From contig JBKEDG010000031.1 in the NCBI GenBank assembly GCA_047975285.1, forward strand, positions 268 through 64,267: DNA of 64,000 bases. The letters are read 5' to 3'. The stretch is from Bacilli bacterium. GTDB lineage: Bacteria; Bacillota_I; Bacilli_A; JBKEDG01. The notes under the pieces are model-generated. The model was not told where the DNA came from. It was given only the letters and a program-made list of their open reading frames with translations, and ran no database searches. The position numbers and the translations under genes are program-made. This document shows, piece by piece, positions 54,162 through 64,000 of the stretch. Position 1 is the first letter of the stretch. Each line of letters starts with the position of its first letter.

Positions 54162-56726
54162 CTACTCTAAAAAATCATCGATAGTAATTTCATCGAAGAT
54201 AATTTCCTCCTTAATTATATCACTTTTGCTATTCTTTTTTAAGGTATTTCCTTTAATTTCAGTGTTTTTTTCCACATTTTTATCAATTTTATTATTCAAA
54301 TCATCTTCCTCTTGATTTTCAATCACATTATTAAAAAGATCTGTATACTCAATACTAATTTCTAGAACTTTTGATTTATTTATCAAACTTCCTGCATAAT
54401 CACTATCTCCAATCGTAATTGTACTAGACTTAATTGTTGTAATAGCATTATCAAGACGCAGAATAATATCTTTTGTATTAACTTGCATAGTTGCTCTTAC
54501 TTTAATATCCTTTGACTTAATTTTTTTAATAACTAGGCTTCCTTTTCTTCCACGCTTAAGTTTATCAACGTCTCCAATCACATACCGCTTTGCCTTATTG
54601 TCACTTGTTAAAATCAAACAATACTTACCATTAATAACATCACCATATAAAAGTATATCTTCTTTCAAACTAATTAATTTTGTACCTTTAGACTTAGTCC
54701 CTTGCACACTTATTTCATCAATGTCAAATCTAAGTGCAAATCCATTTTCACTAATCAGTACTACTTCATCACCACTATTAAAGGTTGCATTAATAAGAAG
54801 GTCTTCTTTTGACATATTTAGTATTGTATATGGTTTATTGTACCTACTTACGTTTAAGTCCTTAAGCATAACTCTCTTTCCATATCCTAAACTACTAAAA
54901 ATTGTTATAAATTTATTACTATTAAACCCTTCAATAATATATGCACTAATTATTACTTCATCAGATTTCATTAAGACATAATTTGATACATGTTGACCAA
55001 TATCTTTCCATTTTTTATATTCTAGTTCGTAAACTGGTATAACGATATAATTACCCTTACTAGTAAATGCAAGTACATAGTTTAACTCAAAACACTTTGT
55101 AGCACAAATTAAATAATCGTCCTCCTTCTTACCATAATCACTAAATTCACAACTTGAAAATGATTTAAAACTACTCTTTTTTACATACCCATCTTTGGTG
55201 ATAACTACTATTACTTCATCGTTTGAAATCAAATCTTTTTCATCAATTTTAATAATTTCAAATGTTTCCTCCACCTTTGTTTTTCTTGGCGTAGCAAATT
55301 CTTTTATAATTGCTTTAAATGTAGCAATTAATTTATTGTTTAAAATATCTATATCGTTTAAAATCGCTCTTAAATCATCAATCTTAATATCTAACTGTGA
55401 TTTTTCTTGTAATAATTCATTAATATCTGTACTAGTTAACCGATACAGTTGCAAATTAACTATTGCTTCACTTTGCATAGCAGTAAGTTTAAATTCATTG
55501 CAAATATTTTCAATTGCATGTTTCTTATTACTTGAACTTCTAATGATTTTTATCAATAAATCAATATTGTCTAAAGCAATAACTAATCCGTCAATTATAT
55601 GTAATCTCTTAATATACTTTTCTAATTCAAAATTACTTTTTCTTGTAAGTACTTCTACTTGATGTAAATAATATGCCTCAAGAATCTCTTTTATTCCTAC
55701 AAGTTTTGGTTTTTTATCAACTATTGCTACCATATTATAATTATAGTATACCTGTAAATCAGTATTCTTAAACAAATAATTCATAACAAGTTCACTGTTA
55801 GACTCTTTTTTTAATTCAATTACAATTCTAATCCCATCTTTATCAGATTCATCTCTTACTTCACTTATTCCACTTACCTTATTTAATTCACGAATTTCTT
55901 CAATACGGTAAACTAGAGAAGCTTTATTAACTTCATATGGTATTTGATCGATAACTATCAATTTTTTACTACCCAATTTTTCTATTTCATATTTACTTTT
56001 AATTACAACTCTTCCTTTTCCAGTAGTAAGTGCCTCTTCAATCTCTTTTTTACCACTTACTATTCCCCCAAGTGGAAAATCAGGACCTTTAATATAATTT
56101 AGTAGCGAAGAAACTCTACAATTTGGATTCTTAATCAAAAATATAAGTGCATTCAACACTTCTTCTAAATTATGAGGAGCAATATTAGTTGCATAGCCTG
56201 CACTTATTCCACTAGCTCCATTAACTAATAAATTGGGATATTTAGCCGGAAGTACAACTGGTTCTTTCAATGTATCATCAAAATTATAAATCATATCCAC
56301 AGTATTCATCTTAATATCTTCTAATAACAAACTACTGATCTTAGACATTCTTGCCTCAGTATAACGCATCGCAGCAGCACTATCGCCATCAATACTACCA
56401 TTATTTCCATGCATTTGAATCAGTGGTTCTCTAACTTTCCAATCTTGACTTAGTCTAACCATTGCTTCGTATACACTAGTATCCCCATGAGGATGGTAAT
56501 TACCAATTACATTTCCAACAGTTTTAGCACTTTTTCTATAAGCATTTTCAAAAGTATTATTATCACCATGCATAGCAAAAAGAATCCGTCTTTGCACTGG
56601 TTTTAATCCATCTCTAATATCTGGGAGAGCACGTTCTTGAATAATGTATTTGGAATACTTACCAAAACGATCACCCATAATATCTTCTAAATTCATTTTT
56701 ATTAATTTATTCATAATTTTCACCAA
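54162..56726 (-). CDS. parC: DNA topoisomerase IV subunit A (GyrA/ParC family)
   Basis: 854 aa GyrA/ParC-family protein. Called ParC because of the conserved Firmicute plsY-parE-parC synteny; it has an acidic C-terminal tail and no clear GyrA-box. Confidence 0.75.
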   Translation of the reverse strand: MVKIMNKLIKMNLEDIMGDRFGKYSKYIIQERALPDIRDGLKPVQRRILFAMHGDNNTFENAYRKSAKTVGNVIGNYHPHGDTSVYEAMVRLSQDWKVREPLIQMHGNNGSIDGDSAAAMRYTEARMSKISSLLLEDIKMNTVDMIYNFDDTLKEPVVLPAKYPNLLVNGASGISAGYATNIAPHNLEEVLNALIFLIKNPNCRVSSLLNYIKGPDFPLGGIVSGKKEIEEALTTGKGRVVIKSKYEIEKLGSKKLIVIDQIPYEVNKASLVYRIEEIRELNKVSGISEVRDESDKDGIRIVIELKKESNSELVMNYLFKNTDLQVYYNYNMVAIVDKKPKLVGIKEILEAYYLHQVEVLTRKSNFELEKYIKRLHIIDGLVIALDNIDLLIKIIRSSSNKKHAIENICNEFKLTAMQSEAIVNLQLYRLTSTDINELLQEKSQLDIKIDDLRAILNDIDILNNKLIATFKAIIKEFATPRKTKVEETFEIIKIDEKDLISNDEVIVVITKDGYVKKSSFKSFSSCEFSDYGKKEDDYLICATKCFELNYVLAFTSKGNYIVIPVYELEYKKWKDIGQHVSNYVLMKSDEVIISAYIIEGFNSNKFITIFSSLGYGKRVMLKDLNVSRYNKPYTILNMSKEDLLINATFNSGDEVVLISENGFALRFDIDEISVQGTKSKGTKLISLKEDILLYGDVINGKYCLILTSDNKAKRYVIGDVDKLKRGRKGSLVIKKIKSKDIKVRATMQVNTKDIILRLDNAITTIKSSTITIGDSDYAGSLINKSKVLEISIEYTDLFNNVIENQEEDDLNNKIDKNVEKNTEIKGNTLKKNSKSDIIKEEIIFDEITIDDFLE

Positions 56727-58623
56727 TTAGCGAGTCCACTTGGTTGAAATCAACATTACTTTCAATCCACTCTCTTCTATGTTTAACATTATCTCCCATT
56801 AAAACACTAACACGTTTATTTGCTTTAATATCATCATCTATTGTCACCTGAATTAATGTCCTTGTCTTAGGGTCCATTGTTGTTTCCCATAACTGATCTG
56901 CATTCATTTCTCCAAGTCCTTTATACCTTTGAATTACATATTTACAACTAATAGTAGCAACTAAATCTCTTAGTTCTTTATCAGTCCATAAATACTCACT
57001 TTTCTTTCCATAAGTTACTTTATATAATGGTGGTAATGCAATATAAACTTTATTTGCCTCTACTAGTTCTCTCATATGACGATGAAAAAATGTTAGTAAC
57101 AGAGTCTGAATATGCGCACCATCTGTATCTGCATCTGTCATGATAATAATCTTATCATAATTGCATTTCTCAAGTTCAAAATCTCGCCCTACGTTACTAC
57201 CTATAGCGTAAATCATAGAGTTTATCTCTTCATTTTTAATAATTTCACTGAATTTAGCTTTTTCACTATTTAATACTTTTCCTCTAAGTGGTAAAATAGC
57301 TTGAAATGTTCGCTCTCTTCCCTGTTTAGCACTTCCACCTGCACTATCTCCTTCAACTATGAATAGTTCGTTTCTCTTAGGATCTCGCTTTTGACAAGGA
57401 GTTAATTTACCACTAAGAAATAGTGAGGAGCTTTTACTATTCTTCTTTTTATTATCTCTTTGTTTTTTTGCTATATCTCTAATCTTTTGAGAATCAATTG
57501 CACGATCAATAATTTGTTTTGCTACTTTTGGATTTTCCTCTAAAAAATAGGCTAAATTCGTACTAACCACCGACTCAACAAACCGTCTTGCTTCTCCAGT
57601 ACCTAATTTACTTTTAGTTTGTCCTTCCATAATAAAATATTTCTCGGGCACCTTAACACTTAAGCACATTGACAACCCTTCGCGAATATCACTACCATCT
57701 AAACTTTTTAGATTTTTTAGAACTTTCTTACTCTTTGCATAGTCATTTATGCTACGAGTAAATGCAGTCTTTGCACCAATATCATGAGTTCCACCTTCTC
57801 TTGTCCTGATATTATTTGCAAAAGAAACTATATTTTCATTAAATGCCGATGTGTATTGAAAAGCACACTCTACTTCAATCCTAGTTTCATCATCAATAGC
57901 ACTAAAATATTGTGGTCGATGGAGCGAAGTTTTATCTTCATTTAAAAACTCTACAAATGCAACCAAACCATTTTCATAACAAGATGTCTCAGTTTTATCT
58001 TCACGTTCGTCTATTAATGTAGTTCGTAAACCTTTCACTAAAAATGCTGTTTCTCTTAATCGCTCACTTATTATTTCAAAATCAAAATTTATTTCACTAA
58101 AAATACTAGGGTCAGGCATAAAATATACACTGGTTCCCGTCTTCTTAGTTTTTTCATGTTTTTTTAACTTAGAGACAACTTTTCCACCATCTGCAAATTT
58201 AATTGTATGTAAATACCCATCTCTACATATTTCAACATAAAATTTAGTGCTTAAAGCGTTAACTACACTAGCACCAACACCATGTAACCCTCCTGAAGAC
58301 ACATAGCCCCCTTCTTCAAATTTACCTCCTGCATGTAGAGTAGCAAAGATTAACTCTGGAGTTGCAACACCAGTTGAATGCATTCCAACAGGTACACCCC
58401 TTCCCTCGTCAATAACCTTAATTCCATTATCTCTAGTTATAATAACTGTAATCTCTTTTCCATTTCCAATCATTGCTTCATCAACAGAATTGTCTAATAC
58501 TTCCCATACCAAATGATGAAGCCCTCTTTTATCAGTTGAACCTATATACATTCCAGGTCTTTTCCTAACCGCTTCTAATCCTTTTAAAACCTTAATAGAA
58601 TCTTCTGAATAACTTTTTTTCAC
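56707..58623 (-). CDS. parE: DNA topoisomerase IV subunit B (GyrB/ParE family)
   Basis: 638 aa with GHKL ATPase, TOPRIM (EGDSAGG) and PLRGK motifs. Confidence 0.8.
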   Translation of the reverse strand: MKKSYSEDSIKVLKGLEAVRKRPGMYIGSTDKRGLHHLVWEVLDNSVDEAMIGNGKEITVIITRDNGIKVIDEGRGVPVGMHSTGVATPELIFATLHAGGKFEEGGYVSSGGLHGVGASVVNALSTKFYVEICRDGYLHTIKFADGGKVVSKLKKHEKTKKTGTSVYFMPDPSIFSEINFDFEIISERLRETAFLVKGLRTTLIDEREDKTETSCYENGLVAFVEFLNEDKTSLHRPQYFSAIDDETRIEVECAFQYTSAFNENIVSFANNIRTREGGTHDIGAKTAFTRSINDYAKSKKVLKNLKSLDGSDIREGLSMCLSVKVPEKYFIMEGQTKSKLGTGEARRFVESVVSTNLAYFLEENPKVAKQIIDRAIDSQKIRDIAKKQRDNKKKNSKSSSLFLSGKLTPCQKRDPKRNELFIVEGDSAGGSAKQGRERTFQAILPLRGKVLNSEKAKFSEIIKNEEINSMIYAIGSNVGRDFELEKCNYDKIIIMTDADTDGAHIQTLLLTFFHRHMRELVEANKVYIALPPLYKVTYGKKSEYLWTDKELRDLVATISCKYVIQRYKGLGEMNADQLWETTMDPKTRTLIQVTIDDDIKANKRVSVLMGDNVKHRREWIESNVDFNQVDSLIGENYE

Positions 58624-58694
58624 TTAAATCACTCCCTACACTTGAAAAAACTCAATATATATTATATCATAAAACAAGAACGTACATAAAGAAT

Positions 58695-59336
58695 TTGGAG
58701 GGATTTATGAATTATATAATTTTATTATTCGCTTATTTAATTGGCTCAACCCCATCTGCACTTATAATTGGAAAAGTATTTTACAATGGTAGTGATATTA
58801 GAAAAATGGGTAGTGGTAATCAAGGTACGACAAATATGTTACGAACACTTGGGTTTAGAGCAGCTATTGCAACTGCTGTATTTGATGTACTTGCCAAAGG
58901 ATGTATCCCAACTTTTATCAGTGTAATCCTTTATAATAACGGATACATTTCAATATTCCCTCTATTTATTGGAATGGTAGCAGCAATTGGACATGCATTT
59001 CCAATTTTCGCTAAATTCAAAGGCGGAAAAATGGTTGCTACATCTGTTGGAATATTATTGCCAATAGATTTTAGAATATTTTTACTAGTAGCGATTCTAA
59101 TAATAGTTCTTTTTATCGTAACAAAAATGATGTCACTTAGTGCATTTATTTCACTACCAATAGGATATTTTATTATAGCATATTTTAATAAATTTAATAA
59201 AGTAGAGTGGATTTTAACAGCCTGCTTCTTTCTGGTAATATTACTATTACACCGCAAGAATATTAAATTAATTATCCAACATAAAGAAAGAAAGATTGAT
59301 ATAATTTCCATGCTAAAAACAAGATTTGCAAAATAA
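58695..59336 (+). CDS. plsY: Glycerol-3-phosphate acyltransferase PlsY
   Basis: Motifs GSGN(Q)GTTN and HAFPIFAKFKGGK. Confidence 0.9.
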   Translation: MEGFMNYIILLFAYLIGSTPSALIIGKVFYNGSDIRKMGSGNQGTTNMLRTLGFRAAIATAVFDVLAKGCIPTFISVILYNNGYISIFPLFIGMVAAIGHAFPIFAKFKGGKMVATSVGILLPIDFRIFLLVAILIIVLFIVTKMMSLSAFISLPIGYFIIAYFNKFNKVEWILTACFFLVILLLHRKNIKLIIQHKERKIDIISMLKTRFAK

Positions 59337-59350
59337 ATTCAAAGTAAATA

Positions 59351-59373
59351 AAACCCCAAATTAATGGGGTTTT
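59351..59373. terminator. Bidirectional hairpin AAAACCCCAAATTAATGGGGTTTT between plsY and the flavodoxin gene
   Basis: Perfect 8-bp stem flanked by A-runs and T-runs. Confidence 0.6.
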
Positions 59374-59812
59374 ATCTTATTAGTTTTTTACCAAGTTCAC
59401 TACACTTACTAAGGTCATCATCATCTGGAGTAAGATTACAAGTTAGTGTATCAATAACTTCAATACCTAAATCACCACAAGATTCTTCCCACTCTTGCAT
59501 CCATTCGCCATCTCCCCAGTCATAAGAACCAAATAATATTACTGACTTTCCAATAAGTTCACTTATAATATCATCCCACATTGGTTGAAACTCAGACTCT
59601 TCTAGAACTTCACTACCCATTGATGGACATCCAAATGCAAACGCATCATAAGTGCTTATTGTACTAACGTCAAAACTATCTACTGCAATTAAATCAGCAC
59701 TAGCACCTTTCTCCTCGATACCCATAGCAACTGCATCTGCCATTGCTTCAGTATTTCCTGTTCCACTCCAATAAATTACCGCAATCTTTTTCATAACATC
59801 TCCTACTTTCAT
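59372..59812 (-). CDS. Flavodoxin
   Basis: 146 aa with an N-terminal FMN-phosphate loop (AVIYWSGTGNTE). Confidence 0.85.
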   Translation of the reverse strand: MKVGDVMKKIAVIYWSGTGNTEAMADAVAMGIEEKGASADLIAVDSFDVSTISTYDAFAFGCPSMGSEVLEESEFQPMWDDIISELIGKSVILFGSYDWGDGEWMQEWEESCGDLGIEVIDTLTCNLTPDDDDLSKCSELGKKLIR

Positions 59813-59866
59813 TTATCTGTATTAGTAACAATTACGATTTAATTATACACTCTAACTCAACTATTG

Positions 59867-60316
59867 TCAAAAGTTAGACTCTTTTTCAAAAGCGATCATC
59901 TTAGCTTTCATTTTAATACCATAAAAGAATTGACCCAACTCTCCATTACTTTTAATCACTAAGTGTCAAGGGACAACAATAAAATATGGATTAGATGCCA
60001 TAGCACAACCAACAGCACGATATGCCTTTGAATCCACTTTAGTTGCAAGTTCCTTATATGTAATAGTCTCTCCATATTCATGCTCATACAAAGCTTTATA
60101 TACTCTACCTTTGAAATCATTAGAAAAAAATATTGGCAAATCAAAATTCTCTCTCTCATGCAAAAAATATTCTGATAGTTGTAATTTAACTAGTTCACAA
60201 ACTTCATTAGCATTACTCTCACCTTCATTAGAAACTAATTTTACACCTCTCAAAGCAGTACTATCACATGTAATCTCTAGTATTCCAAGCAAACATTTTA
60301 AATAGCTAATATACAT
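59867..60316 (-). CDS. ogt: Methylated-DNA-protein-cysteine methyltransferase (Ogt/MGMT) homologue with an in-frame TGA at the catalytic Cys codon (59966..59968)
   Basis: The ORF track stops at ...NPYFIVVP*. Read in frame, the DNA continues P-TGA-HLVIKSNGELGQFFYGIKMKAKMIAFEKESNF*, matching the Ogt PCHRV-IxSNGxLGGY C-terminus. Confidence 0.6.
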
Positions 60317-60425
60317 AAATACCTCCCCCCTCCCACTTCATAAGTATAGCACAAATAAATAACATAAAATAAAAAAATTATTTTATGTTTTCATATGTTT
60401 ATTTACTATTAAAATTGTCAGAGTA

Positions 60426-61150
60426 CTAAAATTTCAAATTAATTATATCATAGTTTAACTTGTATTGCAAATTTAATTCATTTATAAACTGCTTTGAATC
60501 TTCAATAATTGTTACATTTTCATTTACAAGATTAGTATTTTCTAGACATTCTATTGAGTAATAATTGTATGATGTATAATTAAATATCAAATATGTATTA
60601 TTTAAATCAATTAAATTATTATAAAGATTAGTCTGTTCACTAATTGTTAAACAGTTGCCAAAGTCATTTGCAATAATAATTAAGTTCTTATTTGATATTT
60701 CATTTAATATACTAATGAAATTCAAATATAAAAGTGATATTTGGTTGAATGTCATTTCACTTAGTACCTTTGTATTAATGTACATTAAATCAGTAATGTT
60801 TTTAATGTTAAACTCACCTATATCAACATTTATATATCCTTCAAATAATTTACTTATTTTTGATGTGCTGTAAAATAGTTCTATTAATTCATTTATTGTA
60901 TTATATTCCATGATTTTTTGTTTCTCAAATTCTAAAATTTTCCCTAAAATCTTTTTTTAATGTCGATGAACTACCTATTTTTAATTCTGTTTCAATTTCA
61001 TATAAAGATGGTATTACTAAACAATCATATAGATCTTTATCTACAGGCTTATCATTATACTTTAGACTTATCCTTGAAGTCTTTTTACTGAAATATTGTT
61101 CTATGGCATTAACTATTAATTTCTTTTTACTGTAGTTATCACCTAACAAT
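60426..61150 (-). pseudogene. csn2: csn2 remnant (type II-A), frameshifted at an A-run near 60915
   Basis: The 161-aa ORF resembles the Csn2 C-terminal half (LIIIANDFGNCLTISEQTNLYN vs LLIFVNSGAFLTKDE). The upstream part is in another frame and fused in-frame to the cas2 3' end. Confidence 0.45.
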
Positions 61151-61442
61151 AATATTGAATTTGTTATCCCTCCAACTATTACTTCCATTGCAGTATATTG
61201 CTTTTCTGTAACTTTTAGTAATCTAACATATCCTGCTATTGGTACGCTATTCTTTATTTTATCAACATATATATATTAGCTTGTGAATGGTTACTACAAA
61301 TTTTAGCATAAATTGAATACTGCATCATTAAGAATCCATTCTTTATTAAAAACTTTCTAAATTGTGTATACTCTCTTATATCTTTATCTGTTTTCATAGT
61401 AATGTAAAACATTACTATTATCCTCGTTACTCTATACCTCAT
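61150..61442 (-). pseudogene. cas2: cas2 remnant: N-terminal 62 aa, then frameshift, with the C-terminal part continuing in another frame
   Basis: MRYRVTRIIVMFYITMKTDKDIREYTQFRKFLIKNGFLMMQYSIY matches the Cas2 N-terminus. The downstream frame ...LLKVTEKQYTAMEVIV matches Cas2 VTEKQFARM. Confidence 0.6.
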
Positions 61443-61803
61443 AACTATCTTTCAATTCAATTATTTTTGGAAAGAGTTCATCAGTAACTTCTCCATTTTC
61501 CATAAATAATATTATAGCTCCAATATATTTTTTTATTACATATGAAAGTTGAACTTCATTACCTGTTAATAAAATATTTTCACTTAACAGTTTAATTAGA
61601 TTACTGCGATGATTTCTTTTTAATACTTCATCCCATTTAATTTGCTCTTTTATTATTTTATTAATTCTAAAATTACCATGAATTGGTAAAATATTAGCCG
61701 TTGGTTCATATCTTTCATTACATATTATAACATTAACATTTTCTTGAATAATTGATGTTATTAGTCTTGTTGTAACAATTGTTTTAAAATCTTCTCCAAT
61801 ATT
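61432..61803 (-). pseudogene. cas1: cas1 remnant: about 120 aa of the N-terminal domain fused in-frame to the cas9 3' end, with the C-terminal ~60% deleted
   Basis: ITSIIQENVNVIICNERYEPTANILPIHGNF aligns with the Cas1 N-terminus ([26 protein letters not shown]). The ORF ends after ~125 Cas1-like residues, directly adjacent to cas2. Confidence 0.55.
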
Positions 61804-64000
61804 AAAACTCGGTTCCCAAAATTTATTACGATAGATCTCATTACAATTAATTGCATTAGGACTACGCTTACCATTACTGTTATACCTACAAATTTTACCA
61901 TCCACCTCAATTATATCGTTTTTATATAAACTAAATAAAAATATATAACCTTTTGGTATTTTTCTGGCTTCTTTTAACTCTTTATATATTTCCTCATTAA
62001 TTTCATCATGATTACCTTTTGTCTTAACAACATATCTTGAAAAAGTAAAATGCATATATTTTTGCTTTGCTTTTTAATTAACATTAACATATATATCACA
62101 TCTAAATTCTTGGAACTTTTGATAATGAATTGTTTTATTTTCAGATACATTATACTTTGAATTTAAATTGAGATGTTTCCCCAGTTTATTGGCTTTATAC
62201 TTAACCTTTTTAACAACTAATCCATTACTTTTTTTGCATAATTTCTATGTAGCTCTCTTGTTTCTAGATAATATATTTTAAAAGGAGATAGTTTAGCAAC
62301 TTTATTTTCCTTTCCATTTTGATCAATAATTTTCTTTACATCTTTATACTTATCATAAATTTCTTTTAAGTTTTTAAAAATTTTTTCATCATGTTCTTGC
62401 ATTAGCGCAACTACTTTGCTATTATTTTCATCAAATATTTTGTCTAATTTTTTTGCTGAATCTTTATCTATTTTAGCCATTATATTAAGGCTCGTTACCA
62501 CATATTCAATATCACCTACTTTTCTAGTCGAATAAATTGTTTCATTGAAAAGTTTCTCTGTAGTCCTTTTTATTACTCTGTGTGATATCTTTGGTTTAGT
62601 ACATTGTATCTGCGTTTTAATCTTAAAGATGTTAGTATCTAGTTCCTTTATGTAATTTTTATCACTGCTGATTTTTGGATTTTCAGCTAGATCAGATTTT
62701 GAAAGTTGTTTTATAATATCCGCCGAACTAGCATATCCAACTATTGCTGCATCAATTGCATAATGATCGAAATTCTCTTCACGGTCTTTTTTTAACCCTA
62801 ATTTCTTTCTAATATATAAAGTAAATACTCCATTTACAATAAACACTTTTGTTTCTTTATCTCGATAAAAATTAAATAAGTGTAAATACACTTGTCTAGT
62901 GGCGTATCTAATATCTACAAAGTTACTATTTATGAACCCCCCATTTTCACATCAAACTTATTTATATCTTAAGTAAATGTTAAATTATTATATTTTCTCT
63001 TACTAATAAGCTTGCGATTTTTTAAGTCTTCATACAACTCTGCCTTAAGTTTTTCTTAATTCGCTTTCAAATATTGGAATGAAGTCATATTGCTCTTCTC
63101 ATTATGATGTGACTTTTTAGTCAAAACTTTATTATTATATGAGTCATCAAATGATATACTCTGTGGGATAGTATGATCAATTTCTGCACCATTACCATAA
63201 ATTACATCATTTATATATAATGCCTTATTATCTTAAATATCCTTCCCATCTTGATCTATGTATAATTTTATTCTTTCAAATGCACTATTCTCAAGTTTTG
63301 TAAATTACCTAATCTCCCAAAAATTTCATAACTTTATCATTTTTTTCTTATAGAAATTCTGAGTTTTTTAAATAATTGTACGCTTTTCTATTGAATTACT
63401 TTCTCTAGCCATTTCTACAACTATTCTTTCTATTTGGATTCCTTTCAATTTTTCTACTGCTTTAAATATTTTAAGAGCTTGATTGTACGATCTTCTAACT
63501 GTAGCAGGAAAGAATTCTAAATCATCTGCACTTAATATCTTTGCCTCGCTGAATTTTTATACATCAGTTTTAAATGACCATTGTCTTTCATTAATTGCTG
63601 CGAATTTCTATTTGTTTTTATCATATCTGGAATTAAATCTTTCATAACTTTTCTTGAAAGAGCATGAAATCCTTTAAATAGCTCTTTTAACTTAGCCAAA
63701 TTTTCAATAGCTTTTTTTGATACATTATCGATTCCATCTTCTAATTATTTTAGTTCTTTAATTATATCAATTTCGTGTTGTTCTACTGTGATAATTTCAA
63801 CAATATTGCTAATAAATTCTATTTTTTCATCAAGGTTTAATTGCTTTAAGCATTCATCACCAATCACACTTTTTATACTTGTATATGAATCAAGTTTTGT
63901 AAATAACATTTCCCCTTTAGTATCAATTATTGCTCCAACAATTTTGGAATTCTTTTTTTTCAATAATTTTTGTATTTCTGACTCACTAATTGAAGGATTT
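61804..64000 (-). pseudogene. cas9: cas9 (small type II-A, SaCas9-like), disrupted by multiple TAA nonsense codons and frameshifts; N-terminus beyond the window
   Basis: HNH motif IDHTIPQSISFDDSYNNKVL...SFQYL near 63125..63190. RuvC-III region LLDIRYATRQ...NGVFT...FDHYAIDAAIV and ISHRVIKRTTEKLFNETIYSTRK. PI-domain region IIEVDGKICRY. In-frame TAAs fall within conserved blocks, e.g. at 63056..63058 and ~62080, and there is a frameshift at ~62217. Confidence 0.75.

Noticed and set aside
54162-56726. Calling the 854-aa type II topoisomerase A subunit GyrA.
   Set aside because: It is adjacent to a GyrB/ParE-like gene that sits next to plsY, the conserved Firmicute plsY-parE-parC arrangement, and there is no clear GyrA-box (QRRGGKG). 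Labelled ParC with moderate confidence.
59966-59968. Hypothesis that TGA is read as Trp (genetic code 4, Mollicutes-like), which would make the ogt product an ATL-type PWHRV protein.
   Set aside because: Long conserved ORFs across the window use TGG for Trp and end at TGA with proper neighbouring gene starts. Widespread TGA sense usage in an AT-rich genome would fragment the standard-code ORF track, and it does not.
59813-60425. Searched the ogt flanks and the region downstream of csn2 for a CRISPR repeat-spacer array.
   Set aside because: No direct repeats of 28-37 bp with regular spacing are visible. The space is only ~110 bp on each side, so the array is absent from this window.

Overview
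AT-rich (about 30% GC) chromosomal segment from a low-GC Gram-positive anaerobe (Firmicutes-like, standard genetic code). It is mostly core metabolism. Contents in order: a glycolytic cluster (pgk-gpmI-eno); a B12-riboswitch-controlled cbiMNQO cobalt transporter with a cobD-like gene; a sirC-hemB-(hemC/cobA/hemD fusion) tetrapyrrole operon; thyA-folA-plsC; a guanine-riboswitch-controlled pbuG permease; copA with an HxlR regulator; a long minus-strand array (Na/Ca exchanger, potABCD-type ABC importer, CDP-alcohol phosphatidyltransferase, rhodanese, DedA); TauE-mutS; and parE-parC running directly into a complete rnfCDGEAB operon, followed by plsY and flavodoxin. The accessory and unusual content is: (i) a lactococcin-972-type bacteriocin locus whose small secreted-peptide gene has no ATG start and is missing from the ORF track; (ii) a decayed type II-A CRISPR-Cas locus (cas9-cas1-cas2-csn2 remnants with nonsense codons, frameshifts and internal deletions, and no array) at the 3' end; (iii) an ogt (MGMT) gene whose catalytic Cys codon is an in-frame TGA with a conserved in-frame downstream sequence, making it a selenocysteine/recoding or very recent pseudogene candidate; (iv) tandem paralogous secreted D/N/Y/H-rich proteins next to a PadR-DUF1700/DUF4097-PspC envelope-stress module; (v) a TraX-DUF1294-STAND(wHTH-NTPase-TPR) regulator cluster. 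One tRNA-Arg(CCG) is present. No rRNA, IS element or CRISPR array was found.
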